From NCBI GenBank assembly GCA_050261115.1, contig JBLNCY010000060.1:1-12368 (forward strand): a stretch of DNA of 12,368 nucleotides, written 5' to 3'. This document shows, piece by piece, positions 1-9,907 of this stretch (its first letter is position 1; each line of letters opens with the position of its first letter). The notes beneath the pieces are model-generated. The model was not told where the DNA came from. It made no database searches and saw only the letters and a program-made list of their open reading frames with translations. A program made the position numbers and the translations under genes. This DNA is from Methanocella sp. GTDB lineage: Archaea; Thermoproteota; Bathyarchaeia; Bathyarchaeales; Bathycorpusculaceae.

Positions 1-779
1 GTAATTTCGCTTTGTGTTAGCATTTCTGTATCTGCACAGACTACGCGAGAGAGCCTTGCTTGTGCTTGGGCGAATGATTTTTCTCGTCCATCAGCCGTTT
101 CTGATGTAAAATCAGCCGCACTGATGTTACCTAAGAGTAGGTGGACATCGCCTGAAGTGGAAAATAGCTCCGAGGAAACCGATGCAACGCCTCCTCGGAT
201 GGGAACAGTATGGGTTATTGTGGCTATGTTTGTCCGTAAACTTCCCGTGTAGACAAGTTCCCCACAAACGAGTTTTTCTAGGTCAGTTTTACCCTTAGCT
301 GCAACCTGTCCTTGGACGATAGGTATTATACTTGTACTTGTACTGCCAACATCTACAATAACTGCGTCTTTGAGGTACTGGCTTATTAGCCATCCAGTAG
401 CTGCCCAATTAGCTGAAGCTACCTCTAGAGGTTTACTTCTAGCTTCCTCAGAAGTAACCAGTTTTCCTGAAGAACTCAAAAAATAACAGGGTGTTCTTGA
501 GAAAACGTGATTTACGCAGGATAATATGCTGCAGACGCCTTCTCGTTTGGTTCGGTATGCATCCGATAACTCTGCAGTCATCGTCACACCCAAAGCATCA
601 AGCCCTGCTGTAACTAGTGTTTCAGCGAGTGCCCTTAGTACGTCACTTAGCTTTTGTGGATTTTTCCATATCGGAAAATATTGCGAGGCTACTTGAACGG
701 TTACCTGACCGTTATTCTCTTGCAGGTATACTGCTTTGGTGTTGGCGCCGCCGATATCGAAGCCTAACACATTGACCAA
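1..779 (-). CDS. mfnF: Hydantoinase/oxoprolinase-family methanofuran biosynthesis protein MfnF; runs off the left edge of the window
   Basis: Not in the ORF track; translated by hand from TTG at 779, with GAGG upstream. Reads MVNVLGFDIGGANTKA...TMTAELSD...ASANWAATGW...DVGSTSTSIIP...GELVYTGSLRTN...TADG...RLSRVVCAD. Lies directly downstream of mfnD. Confidence 0.88.
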   Translation of the reverse strand, partial: MVNVLGFDIGGANTKAVYLQENNGQVTVQVASQYFPIWKNPQKLSDVLRALAETLVTAGLDALGVTMTAELSDAYRTKREGVCSILSCVNHVFSRTPCYFLSSSGKLVTSEEARSKPLEVASANWAATGWLISQYLKDAVIVDVGSTSTSIIPIVQGQVAAKGKTDLEKLVCGELVYTGSLRTNIATITHTVPIRGGVASVSSELFSTSGDVHLLLGNISAADFTSETADGREKSFAQAQARLSRVVCADTEMLTQSEI

Positions 780-794
780 ACTTTTAGCCTCGAC

Positions 795-2015
795 TCATAT
801 GATGCTATGAACGCCCTTTTTAGCTTGTTCTATTTGGAGGCATGCATCCTGCATTGTAGCACCTCTGCTTGTGACTAGGGCGTATGCTGTATCGTCTTGG
901 GCTAAAGGAAAAGGTGGCGAACAAACATATTCTAATTTACCGAGTTTCTGAAAGACTTCGGCGGTGGGTTTAGTTACAGCTACCTTTGCAAAAAAGGCTA
1001 CGTATTGATTGTGGATTTTTTTCGGTAACTTGGCTGAGGTGACAGAGTCTATTATTGCCTGTGCAACATTAAAATCTGCGACTGCATGTAACCCGATAAA
1101 TGAAGTGGTTAACCGGGGATTAACGTCGACAATATACACGTCATTCTCGCTAAAGAGTACATCAACGCCAACGTAGCCGCGTAAACCCGGTATAGATTCA
1201 ATTAGCCTTTCGACAATCGAGCATGCTTTGGCAGAAAGCGGATGCTCCAATGGGACGCAGCCGCCAATATACTGTGACTCGCCTTTTGGGTTGGCGAGCG
1301 CCACTTGTTGTTCGTTGAGGCTTATAGCGACGGCTTTTTTACCGTTAGAAATTACACTGATGCTTGCAGCTAAACCGTTGATGTAGTTTTGTGCAATGAA
1401 TTTTTGATTTGTTGAGTTCTCTTTTAATTTTGCTATGGCCGGTTTGAGTTCGTTTGGTTTTTTAATTATGCTCATTCCAGAGCAGCCAGCGCCATCGACT
1501 GGTTTGAGGACCACTGGATAGGTCAATTCGTTGTTTATTAGCTGTGTAGTTGTTTCTATGTCTGCATTGAAGTCTATTGTCAGCGTTGTTGGTGTGGGTA
1601 CATCGATTTTTGTTAGATGTTCGTAGAGCCTGGTTTTGTCTGACAATCTAGCGATTGCTTCTGAAGAGCAGTTAAGTGAAGCTCGACCTGCTGCTTCTGT
1701 TACTTGGACTAGATTTTGGAGTATCTGCCCTGTCTCGGGTGCAACGATGTAGACCGCATCGTTGATTCTGGCGATATCTCCAATAAACTTCGGGGGCTCT
1801 TCTGCTTGAAGTATAGGCACCGTAAAATCAACCGCTATAGGCGGATTTAATTTTGAGACCCGGTCGTCTAATAGTACGGTCACTTCATGCCCTGCTGCTT
1901 TAAAATCAGACGTGATACTGCGAAGCATAGCATAACCTTCGGCTAGCAGGTTTCGGGGAATATCTTGCCCTATATATCCTCCGCCTGATACATACTCATA
2001 GATGAGGATTTTCAA
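795..2015 (-). CDS. mfnD: ATP-grasp tyramine--L-glutamate ligase (MfnD-like)
   Basis: N-terminal KILIYEYVSGGG...LLAEGYAML; ATP-grasp motifs YPVVLKPVDGAGC, GYVGVD and VDVNPRLTTS. TTG start with GAGGAG upstream; mfn operon context. Confidence 0.88.
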   Translation of the reverse strand: MKILIYEYVSGGGYIGQDIPRNLLAEGYAMLRSITSDFKAAGHEVTVLLDDRVSKLNPPIAVDFTVPILQAEEPPKFIGDIARINDAVYIVAPETGQILQNLVQVTEAAGRASLNCSSEAIARLSDKTRLYEHLTKIDVPTPTTLTIDFNADIETTTQLINNELTYPVVLKPVDGAGCSGMSIIKKPNELKPAIAKLKENSTNQKFIAQNYINGLAASISVISNGKKAVAISLNEQQVALANPKGESQYIGGCVPLEHPLSAKACSIVERLIESIPGLRGYVGVDVLFSENDVYIVDVNPRLTTSFIGLHAVADFNVAQAIIDSVTSAKLPKKIHNQYVAFFAKVAVTKPTAEVFQKLGKLEYVCSPPFPLAQDDTAYALVTSRGATMQDACLQIEQAKKGVHSII

Positions 2016-2068
2016 TGCTGCTCCTCGTATCCCCCATATTATTAGAGCAAGTGACTGGTGAACATACG

Positions 2069-3201
2069 TTAAAGTTTTTCTGTTTCAAGCAAAACCTTCT
2101 GGAACGCTTTGATATGTCTGCGTTTAACATGGGGCATAACTATCACGCGTATACTGCTATATCGGGGGATTGCTGAAACATACCAACCTTGCTGCGATAG
2201 TTTTTTTGTTAGTTCCTGGGGATTTTTGGTCTGGATTGCTAGTATGTTTAGGGTGGGTTCGCATAGAAGTTTAAACCCGACCTTTTTGAGGTTCTTTGCG
2301 AGGGTTTTTGTGTTATTTATGCAGGAGACTACCACTTTCCGGTAGCCTTCAATTCCAAGCGTGTTAATGACTGCCCACGCGGATGCTGCCGAAGCGCCGG
2401 AGCGTGTTCCTACGAAGGTGTACTGCTTGCTAGTGGTTAGATAAGGCGTTTCGGTCTCAAGGTGGCATAGCATCTCGGGGTTGCGTAGAAGAATTCCTCC
2501 GGCTGGGATGGCGGCCATTCCCATTTTGTGTGGATCAACTGTTAGGGTTTTTACGCCTGGAAGTTGAAAGTCGAATTGAGGGGGGTTTCTAAGGAAGGGT
2601 ATGATTAGTCCACCGAATGCTGCATCGACATGCAAATGGATGTTGTGGTTTTGGGCGATTTCTGAGAGTTTATCGATGGGGTCGATGGCGCCTAGTTCGG
2701 CTGTTCCGGCTGTGCCTACGATGGCTATGGTGTTTTGGGAAATGGCATTTTTGACTTCCGCTGGTTTCACTCTGTACTGAATGTCTAGCGGTATATAGAT
2801 GGTTTTTAGGTTGAGTAGGTTGCAGATTTTTTTAAAGGAGAAATGGGCCGATTCTGGGAGGATAATCTCTGGACTTTTTGTTTTTGCAGAGTTCTTGGCG
2901 ACCAGCAGCCCTAAGAGGTTTGCTTCTGTTCCTCCTGAAACGATAAAACCTGTCGAGGATTGATTATGTAGTAAGGTGCTTAGTTGTGCAGTGACTTCCT
3001 GCTCAAGTAAAGTAGCTGCGGGAAATATGGTTGGGTCTCCGAGGTTTGCTTCTAAGAAGAGGTTGTAGGCTTTCTTTGCTATCGGATGCGGTTTTGTGCA
3101 CATCGAACAGAGGATGCGGCCGTCCATATAGCGGTTATCCAGTCTTTGCCTCTGTTTAAGTTCAGCTAACACGTCTCTCTGGGGTTTGGGGTTTGTTTGC
3201 A

Positions 3202-3202
<1 letters not shown>
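2069..3202 (-). CDS. mfnA: PLP-dependent L-tyrosine/L-aspartate decarboxylase
   Basis: Motifs ILCSMCTKPHP, NLGDP, SGGTEAN, HVDAAFGG, PLP-lysine DPHKMG and GTRSGA. Its ATG overlaps the mfnB stop (TAATG). Confidence 0.95.
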
Positions 3203-3924
<722 letters not shown>

Positions 3925-3953
3925 TTAGTATCACAAACATGCGGCTCTTTGCT

Positions 3954-3970
3954 GCCTTTAAAGTTTTTGC
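3954..3970 (-). promoter_or_regulatory. Putative BRE/TATA promoter of the mfn operon
   Basis: Minus strand reads GCAAAAACTTTAAAGGC, with the TATA about 33 bp upstream of the mfnB TTG. The same 11-mer ACTTTAAAGGC occurs at 6597-6607. Confidence 0.55.
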
Positions 3971-4217
3971 CGTTCCTTGGCTGAGTTTCAATCCCCCTCT
4001 GTTCAACTGAATACGCTTGCGGAATGGTCGTTTAAGACAACCGTTGGCGGCAGGCAAATGTGCTGTTGCTCTGCCGAGGACCCTCTTATCTCTTCTTGTT
4101 CTTCTCCAATGTCGGGGAAGTCTTTCTCTTTAATGGGTGCGAACGGTATTCCGTCAGGCTGAGTACTTGGGCCGCAGATTTGTCCATAAAGGTGAAAAAT
4201 AGGGCGTTTTTGAGTCT

Positions 4218-4245
4218 GTATACAAAAGCATCGCCAAAACATAGT
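4218..4245 (+). repeat. 28-bp dispersed motif, copy R1
   Basis: GTATACAAAAGCATCGCCAAAACATAGT; 25/28 identical to R5. Confidence 0.92.
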
Positions 4246-4248
4246 CAT

Positions 4249-4313
4249 CTTTGCCAAAAAACCTCAAATGAGCCCTTAAAATTCGAAATTTAACGAAGCT
4301 TATATAGTCATTC
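4249..4313 (+). repeat. Promoter-like repeat family B, copy B1
   Basis: CTTTGCCAAAAA...TTCGAAATTTAACGAAGCTTATATAGTCATTC; the blocks are collinear with the reverse complement of 12285-12339. Confidence 0.75.
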
Positions 4314-4900
4314 CTCTTCCTCAAAGCCAAATTTGATTGCAAAGACAATAGCTAACCTAAAGTTATAATTAATTGTTGAACCGTACTCCTGCCAGTAACC
4401 CAAAACAAGCCAGAGGCCTCATTTAGCATTAGGCAAACAAAAAGAGTTTGCTCAAAGCCCCCAAAACAGGGACCTTTAGAGGCATTCTGCCGCGCAGGGT
4501 CATAGACAGGTGCTTTGAGGAGGCGCGCCTTGGCTGTTTTTACGCTCTATATGAATACAACTGGGGGTCTAGTGCAATAAGGTCTGCAGGTGCAAGCGGT
4601 TTTTTGAGTTGTTGCCTATTGAACTTTGGCGGCACTGCCAATTTTTGTTAGAGGCGGATGGCGAAAGATTTTCGAATGTTCACTTTTTACATTATTAAGT
4701 TAAATAATCCAGAGGGCATTAGTTAAATTTTAGATATTAAATTAAACTGGCGGTGTCTTACTCATAACTGTTGCCCTTCTGAGCCCCGAAATAGGGAAAA
4801 CTAACCTCAAGCGACCGTTGCTTTGGAAAAAAATTTATTCACAAGCCCGCATAAGCAGTAATTGTCAAAGAGTATTTTAATGAACCAAAAGGCGACGTAA

Positions 4901-5629
4901 TTGAACAAGAACATTACCTTAAATGGAAATGACGCTCTCCTCGTAACCGACATACAAAACGACTTTTTACCTGGTGGAGCTCTGCCGGTTACTGATGGCG
5001 ATAAAATAATTCCAGCCATCAACAACTACATTGAACGATTTGAAGCTGCAAAAGCACATGTGATAGCTTCACGGGACTGGCACCCCCCAAATCACATATC
5101 CTTCAAAAGTCAAGGCGGACCTTGGCCACCCCATTGCATACAGGAAACTGAAGGCGCAAAGTTTAGCACCAAACTAAAACTACCTGATCACATAGTAGTC
5201 ATTTCTAAGGCTACGGACCCCAAACACGAAGCTTACAGCGCTTTCGATAACACAAACCTAAACAACGAACTAGACCGTCTCGGAATTAAACGGTTATTTG
5301 TTGCTGGTTTAGCGACTGATTATTGTGTAGTAAATACCGTCTTGGATGCTAGAAAACTTGGGTATGACACTTTTGTGCTTATGGACGCAACCTTGGGCAT
5401 TAACGTTAACCCAGGAGACGTTGACCGCGCAGTTAAGGCGATGACGGAAAGCGGTGCAAGACTAGTCACGATCGCAGACTTTGCGGAACCTGAAGACAAG
5501 CTGCCCATAACAGAAGCTACGCCGGATGCATTTGCTGAGAAACCTTCAATGCTTGCTGACGCAAAAAAGAAAGCAAAAATGCGATCCAAAGGAGTCAATA
5601 AGCGACTTAAAACCGAGAGACGCGGTTAG
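4901..5629 (+). CDS. pncA: Nicotinamidase/pyrazinamidase (isochorismatase superfamily) with a C-terminal extension
   Basis: Motifs DIQNDFLPGGAL, RDWHPPNHISF, WPPHC, ISKA...EAYSAF and GLATDYCV (catalytic Cys). Confidence 0.93.
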   Translation: MNKNITLNGNDALLVTDIQNDFLPGGALPVTDGDKIIPAINNYIERFEAAKAHVIASRDWHPPNHISFKSQGGPWPPHCIQETEGAKFSTKLKLPDHIVVISKATDPKHEAYSAFDNTNLNNELDRLGIKRLFVAGLATDYCVVNTVLDARKLGYDTFVLMDATLGINVNPGDVDRAVKAMTESGARLVTIADFAEPEDKLPITEATPDAFAEKPSMLADAKKKAKMRSKGVNKRLKTERRG

Positions 5630-5632
5630 CAC

Positions 5633-5663
5633 TCGAACTGCTGCGAAGCTTATATAATCATGC
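5633..5663 (+). repeat. Promoter-like repeat family B, copy B2
   Basis: TCGAACTGCTGCGAAGCTTATATAATCATGC, starting a few bases after the pncA stop. Confidence 0.7.
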
Positions 5664-6025
5664 AATAAATCGTCTTTTTACACCATTTGTTTAGGCATTA
5701 AACGTTTGAGCGGACCGTAACCTACGCTATGTTGGCACAAAATGACGGCAAAATCAGTCAAGTGACCAAAAAATTTGCTAGTTCATGCCATGGTTCGTGA
5801 GTTTGAAGCCCCTTTAGAGGCGCACGGTCGGTTCTTTTGGCACGCGTGGTAGCACGAAAGCCAGGCGAACAGACAATATTTACAATAAAATGCTAAAAAT
5901 AACCCTATACGCCCATATGATTGTTAGATTAATGCTAAATTACCCCATGGACGACGCTATTATGCGCCTACGAAAGTCGAATCGGAAAAGCCGAACAAAA
6001 CCGAAAATCAAAAACCGGCGGATGC

Positions 6026-6439
6026 CTAAATGCCCAGCACTTGCACGATAAGCATTCTTTCACGGGGGTGTACATCTGTCTCAACGTAAAAAAGCGATTG
6101 CCAGGTCCCAAAAGCCACCCTACCGTCAATAAGCGGCAAAGTCTTATCAGGTGAAAGCACCATAGACCGTAAATGCGAATGAGCATTAGACGGATGTTGA
6201 TAACCTCGCCGTCTAGGGACAAGTTCTTCAAGAAAAACCCTTATGTCCTCCAGTAGTGCCGCATCATTTTCGTTTAAAATTAGCACTCCGGTGGCATGTG
6301 GTGCAAAGACATGAACGATGCCATTTTTTATGTTTGAGTTGGATGCTATTTCTTGTATCTCGTCAGATAACTCGATAAAATCAATTTCGCCTCGGGTTGA
6401 GAACTTGAGCGTCTTGTTTACTACTTTGAAGCTACACAT
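6026..6439 (-). CDS. yjbQ: YjbQ/UPF0047 family protein (secondary thiamine-phosphate synthase family)
   Basis: Motifs PHATGVLILNEND, NAHSHLRS and GTWQS; typical length (137 aa). Confidence 0.92.
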   Translation of the reverse strand: MCSFKVVNKTLKFSTRGEIDFIELSDEIQEIASNSNIKNGIVHVFAPHATGVLILNENDAALLEDIRVFLEELVPRRRGYQHPSNAHSHLRSMVLSPDKTLPLIDGRVAFGTWQSLFYVETDVHPRERMLIVQVLGI

Positions 6440-6499
6440 AAAACCGCCAACTCATCTATAGGGTTGTTTTGTTGAAAAACCTTTCTAGATTGCAACTTG

Positions 6500-6527
6500 A
6501 GTGTGTTTTGGTGATGCTTTTGTATAC
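6500..6527 (-). repeat. 28-bp dispersed motif, copy R2
   Basis: Reverse complement reads GTATACAAAAGCATCACCAAAACACACT; 26/28 identical to R5. Confidence 0.92.
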
Positions 6528-6596
6528 CATGACGCCATGGCGGCCGAATCTGGCCTGAGAGCATTTGCCTGCTACTGTTTTATGCCAATCACACAG

Positions 6597-6607
6597 ACTT
6601 TAAAGGC
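6597..6607 (+). promoter_or_regulatory. Putative TATA element of the zinc-finger gene
   Basis: ACTTTAAAGGC about 50 bp upstream of GTG 6653; identical to the 11-mer upstream of mfnB. Confidence 0.45.
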
Positions 6608-6652
6608 TCAAAATAAAGTGAATCATGAGCTTCGTTATAGGGGAGTTTTAAG

Positions 6653-6871
6653 GTGAAACCAAAAAAAGCAGTTGACCGTGAAAGATACACCGAAATATAT
6701 ACAGATGACATAGAGAACGCGCTTGCAGACTACGACGATGTGACACGACGACCTATTCCAGGCGGCTATGAATGTGGGGGCTGCGGCAAGTTTTTTGATA
6801 CTATAGAAGCCCGTGAACTGCACTGGCGCACTGTACACTACCGGGCTCAAGAAGTTTCAGTACCTATGTAG
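6653..6871 (+). CDS. Small C2H2-type zinc-finger protein
   Basis: YECGGCGKFFDTIEARELHWRTVH fits C-x2-C-x12-H-x4-H with conserved aromatic positions. SD-like AGGGGAG precedes the GTG and a T-rich tract follows the stop. Confidence 0.75.
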   Translation: MKPKKAVDRERYTEIYTDDIENALADYDDVTRRPIPGGYECGGCGKFFDTIEARELHWRTVHYRAQEVSVPM

Positions 6872-6954
6872 TTTCCGTTTTTAAATAGCTGTAGCCTCTT
6901 TTGGTTGTCACATATCAATAATAACAATTTTTTCTATCTTCCATCCGATGTTTT

Positions 6955-8154
6955 ATGGCAAAAATTGAAACTCTTGAAGTATCGACCCCTACCCGTACAG
7001 AAGCGAACGTGTTTAAACCCTTTGAACTCCAAGGACGCCCCATAGAAGACCAATTCATGAATTGGAATACAATGATAAAACCTCCCTACGACAAGGACAA
7101 AGTCGACGCCTACACCCGAACCCGAGTAATACTAATGAACGGTATAGAAAACAACGCAGTCATAACATCTCATGCAATGGCCCGAATGACAGAAAATGAT
7201 GAGATAAAACGCAAGTTGGCAATCATCAGACGAGCAGATTCACAGCACCAAGAAACAGTCGATTGGCTTAACCCGGGCAACCAAAGCATACTAGAAACGA
7301 CCATCGGTTATGAGCAAGTGGCTGTGGACTTAACTGCGAATTTGGCTAAGAATGAGCCCGAGGATTATTTCCGGCAAGTGCTGGATTTTGCGTTGCTAGA
7401 GGACTTTGACCACCTCTATAGGTACAGCATGCTCATGAAGATGCTCGAAGACAAGGACGCCGAAAAGATTGTGCAGGGCAAAACTGAAATAAAGCCCGGG
7501 CGACCCACAAGCGTCGAGCACCGCCACCCCGACGACGAAATGAGACTCCACTTTGACAAGAACTCGGTTCATGTGAAGTCTTGGATGAACTACTTCACGA
7601 TTGTATCAGGTGAGCAGCAAACCATGCTCTACTACCGAACCCATGGCGCCAACTTGGAAAACGATCTAGCACGAAAGTTATATGCCGAAATCGCAGAAAT
7701 CGAGGAACAACATGTCTCACAATACGAAAATATCGGAGACCCCACCGCGACCCCGCTACAGATAGCAACCCTCCTTCAGCTAAACGAGGCCTACAATTAC
7801 TATTCGGCAATGCAAACTGAAACCGATCAGCGTATACGCAGCATCTGGGCAGAGTTTTGTGCACATGAAATCGAGCACTTTAACATGTGTAACGAATTGA
7901 TGCTGAAGTACGAGAAAATGGATATTCGCGACTTGATAAAGGATGACAAAGTAGACCCGCTGATCGTATTTGAACCCAACAAAGAATACGTCAACAAAGT
8001 GCTAGAAGAACAAGTGAACCTTAGGCCGTATAATATGCAGTTTGTCCCTGAAGATCAACTACCTTCTGACTGGAAGTCCTTTGGCTACCAGAACAGGGTT
8101 AACGAGGGCGGGGTGCCTTCAGAGATAGTTGAGGAACGCTATCGCGAACGTTAA
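6955..8154 (+). CDS. Tandem ferritin-like (di-metal carboxylate) protein of unknown function
   Basis: 399-aa acidic ORF with four E/Q-x29-[DE]xxH units ending in DSQH, DFDH, EEQH and EIEH. Confidence 0.8.
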   Translation: MAKIETLEVSTPTRTEANVFKPFELQGRPIEDQFMNWNTMIKPPYDKDKVDAYTRTRVILMNGIENNAVITSHAMARMTENDEIKRKLAIIRRADSQHQETVDWLNPGNQSILETTIGYEQVAVDLTANLAKNEPEDYFRQVLDFALLEDFDHLYRYSMLMKMLEDKDAEKIVQGKTEIKPGRPTSVEHRHPDDEMRLHFDKNSVHVKSWMNYFTIVSGEQQTMLYYRTHGANLENDLARKLYAEIAEIEEQHVSQYENIGDPTATPLQIATLLQLNEAYNYYSAMQTETDQRIRSIWAEFCAHEIEHFNMCNELMLKYEKMDIRDLIKDDKVDPLIVFEPNKEYVNKVLEEQVNLRPYNMQFVPEDQLPSDWKSFGYQNRVNEGGVPSEIVEERYRER

Positions 8155-8171
8155 GGCACAGACACCCCCCA

Positions 8172-8183
8172 CCTTTTCTTTCT
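8172..8183 (+). terminator. Possible archaeal T-rich terminator
   Basis: CCTTTTCTTTCT about 18 bp after the ferritin-like stop; a T8 run follows at 8231-8238. Confidence 0.35.
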
Positions 8184-8239
8184 GGCAAAAGCGATCATGC
8201 CCTAGAGGCACTGGTCTATCTACGACTTACTTTTTTTTA

Positions 8240-8270
8240 ACTGTGGGTTTGGGTGATGCTTTTGTATTAC
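8240..8270 (-). repeat. 28-bp dispersed motif, copy R3 (with small insertions)
   Basis: Reverse complement reads GTAATACAAAAGCATCACCCAAACCCACAGT. Confidence 0.88.
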
Positions 8271-9298
8271 GACTGTACATGAACTTTTCGGGAACTTTTT
8301 GACTTGCAACGCCTAAGCGTTGGTTGCGCTGGTTGCATTCCACTCTCAACCAAACATAGTTTAATGCACCACCGTTCAGGCAGCAAAAAATGGAGGCTCA
8401 AAAAACAAGGGAGATGCCTCTTAGAGTTCAGCCGAATTGCCACTGCTAAAATATCATGGGACGTATTATCGAGATGTCGGATAGGATTCAAATAACCGCC
8501 AAGACACCTGAGGACGCCCAATCACAAAGTTGGCGGCATGATTTAGAAAAAAGACCCTAGCGCTCTTAGTAGCGGAATCTATTTGGGTTAACTCTGTCTC
8601 TGAACTCGATGTTTTTTCGATCAAGGTATTTTGCCAAAATAACGATTTAATCAGGCTTTTTTGCGATAAAAGGTTAGAATTTTGGTCTGTATGGTTTCGA
8701 AACGCTTTAGGCAAAAAACAACACAACATTTTTTCACCAAACACGGAATCAAAAACCCCCAATATGGCCCTTTTACACAAAATAGGCATGATTTGAGCTT
8801 TTTAGGTAGTTCCCTAAGAGACTGGCATGGGGAATATCGGCGCCTCATATAAGTACCTACGAAAATCTCCATGCGAAGCAAAACTCGACTTTTTCGATTG
8901 CCCTTCGCTACAGTCCACGCATTTCTAGCGGTTGGAGGCGGGTCTGTAAAACTTTGCCGTTTGCGTACCTCAAACTTAGAAGCCAATTAATGCTGCTGAG
9001 GGGCGTGATTTGTTTGGTGATTTGAAAGGTGTTTGGTGGTTGCGTTTTGTTTGCTGGCGAGTGCAGGGTTTGTGAATCTGGGGTTGGTTTGCTTGGTGGG
9101 TGCGAGTTTTGTCGGCTCTACTGTGTTAGCGGCGATTCGTTAGGGGCCAATTGTGCTGCGTTTATGTAGAGCTTTAGCGTCATTATTTTTAATTGTTGAA
9201 TGTTACGCGATTACTGACCAGTTGTATTGGTGACCACCGTATTGTTTTTGTTGGGTATGTTCACCAGCGGGCGCCAGCTCCACCAGTCCACCCGCCCC

Positions 9299-9326
9299 GT
9301 ATACGAAAGCATCACCCAAACACAGT
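9299..9326 (+). repeat. 28-bp dispersed motif, copy R4
   Basis: GTATACGAAAGCATCACCCAAACACAGT; 27/28 identical to R5. Confidence 0.92.
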
Positions 9327-9397
9327 AATTGCGCCCAACAGTGCAACAATTTTTTAATTAAACCAGCCGAAAAATTATGCTAAAAGGAGGATAGCAG

Positions 9398-9835
9398 TTG
9401 AGCACTGAAGAGGAACGCATACGACTAAGACGTTGGCGCAAGCGAGGCTTCTACAGCGAAACCGCTCTAGTCAAACTCCTCCAGAAGAAAGGCTACTTTG
9501 CCGTCCGAGTCCCAGTCAGCAACCCAAGCCTCAACCCCCTCCCAGACATCATCGCACGAAGAGGCCCGCACCTCTATGCATTCGAGGTTAAGAACGCCAC
9601 ATACTACGCCTACTATCCCCTACCCCAAATAGACAAACTCTTCCGTTTCCTAGACCAATTCATTCCCTCAGGCAATGAGTACAAGCATGCAGTGGTGGCG
9701 GCGCATCTGGGGAAACGGTGGCTCTTCCGCGAGATCAGTTGGCGGGACTGGGAGAAACAAAAGATCCCTGATAAGATCCGAATTCTCAAGCGGGACCGTG
9801 GGAACTTAAACATAGAAACCTGTTATCTAGAGTAG
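9398..9835 (+). CDS. hjc: Archaeal Holliday junction resolvase, Hjc-like PD-(D/E)XK nuclease
   Basis: RG..SE..LVKLLQKKGYFAVRVPVS...PLPDIIA...LYAFEVK. Strong SD AGGAGG precedes the TTG; 145 aa. Confidence 0.78.
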   Translation: MSTEEERIRLRRWRKRGFYSETALVKLLQKKGYFAVRVPVSNPSLNPLPDIIARRGPHLYAFEVKNATYYAYYPLPQIDKLFRFLDQFIPSGNEYKHAVVAAHLGKRWLFREISWRDWEKQKIPDKIRILKRDRGNLNIETCYLE

Positions 9836-9907
9836 CACAGGCATCTACCCCAAAATTATTATCCACCTACAACCCAAACGATCTATATCAGAGGACAGCG
9901 ATACCGA

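Larger units (their letters stand above)
8240..9326. mobile_element. Possible non-autonomous element or remnant bounded by inverted R3/R4
   Basis: About 1.09 kb with no credible gene, bracketed by inverted copies of the 28-bp motif. No transposase is visible. Confidence 0.25.

Noticed and set aside
4218-4245. 28-bp motif as a canonical Xer/dif site (11-6-11)
   Set aside because: The length fits, but the arms show no dyad symmetry and no resemblance to the TTATGTTAAAT-type arm.
3977-4348. Short ORFs upstream of mfnB (e.g. 4003..4257 minus)
   Set aside because: They overlap each other, have no recognisable motifs, and several run through the repeats. A small gene or remnant cannot be fully excluded.
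4678-4730. AT-rich TTAAGTTAAAT resembling an XerD arm
   Set aside because: There is no matching left arm at 6-bp spacing; local AT richness explains it.
5785-5825. tRNA T-arm-like string GGTTCGTGAGTTTGAAGCCCC
   Set aside because: No acceptor, D or anticodon stems could be built around it.
8267-8986. ORFs 8267..8521, 8304..8495, 8466..8789 and 8651..8986
   Set aside because: They overlap each other, have atypical composition and show no family motifs, including none for transposases.
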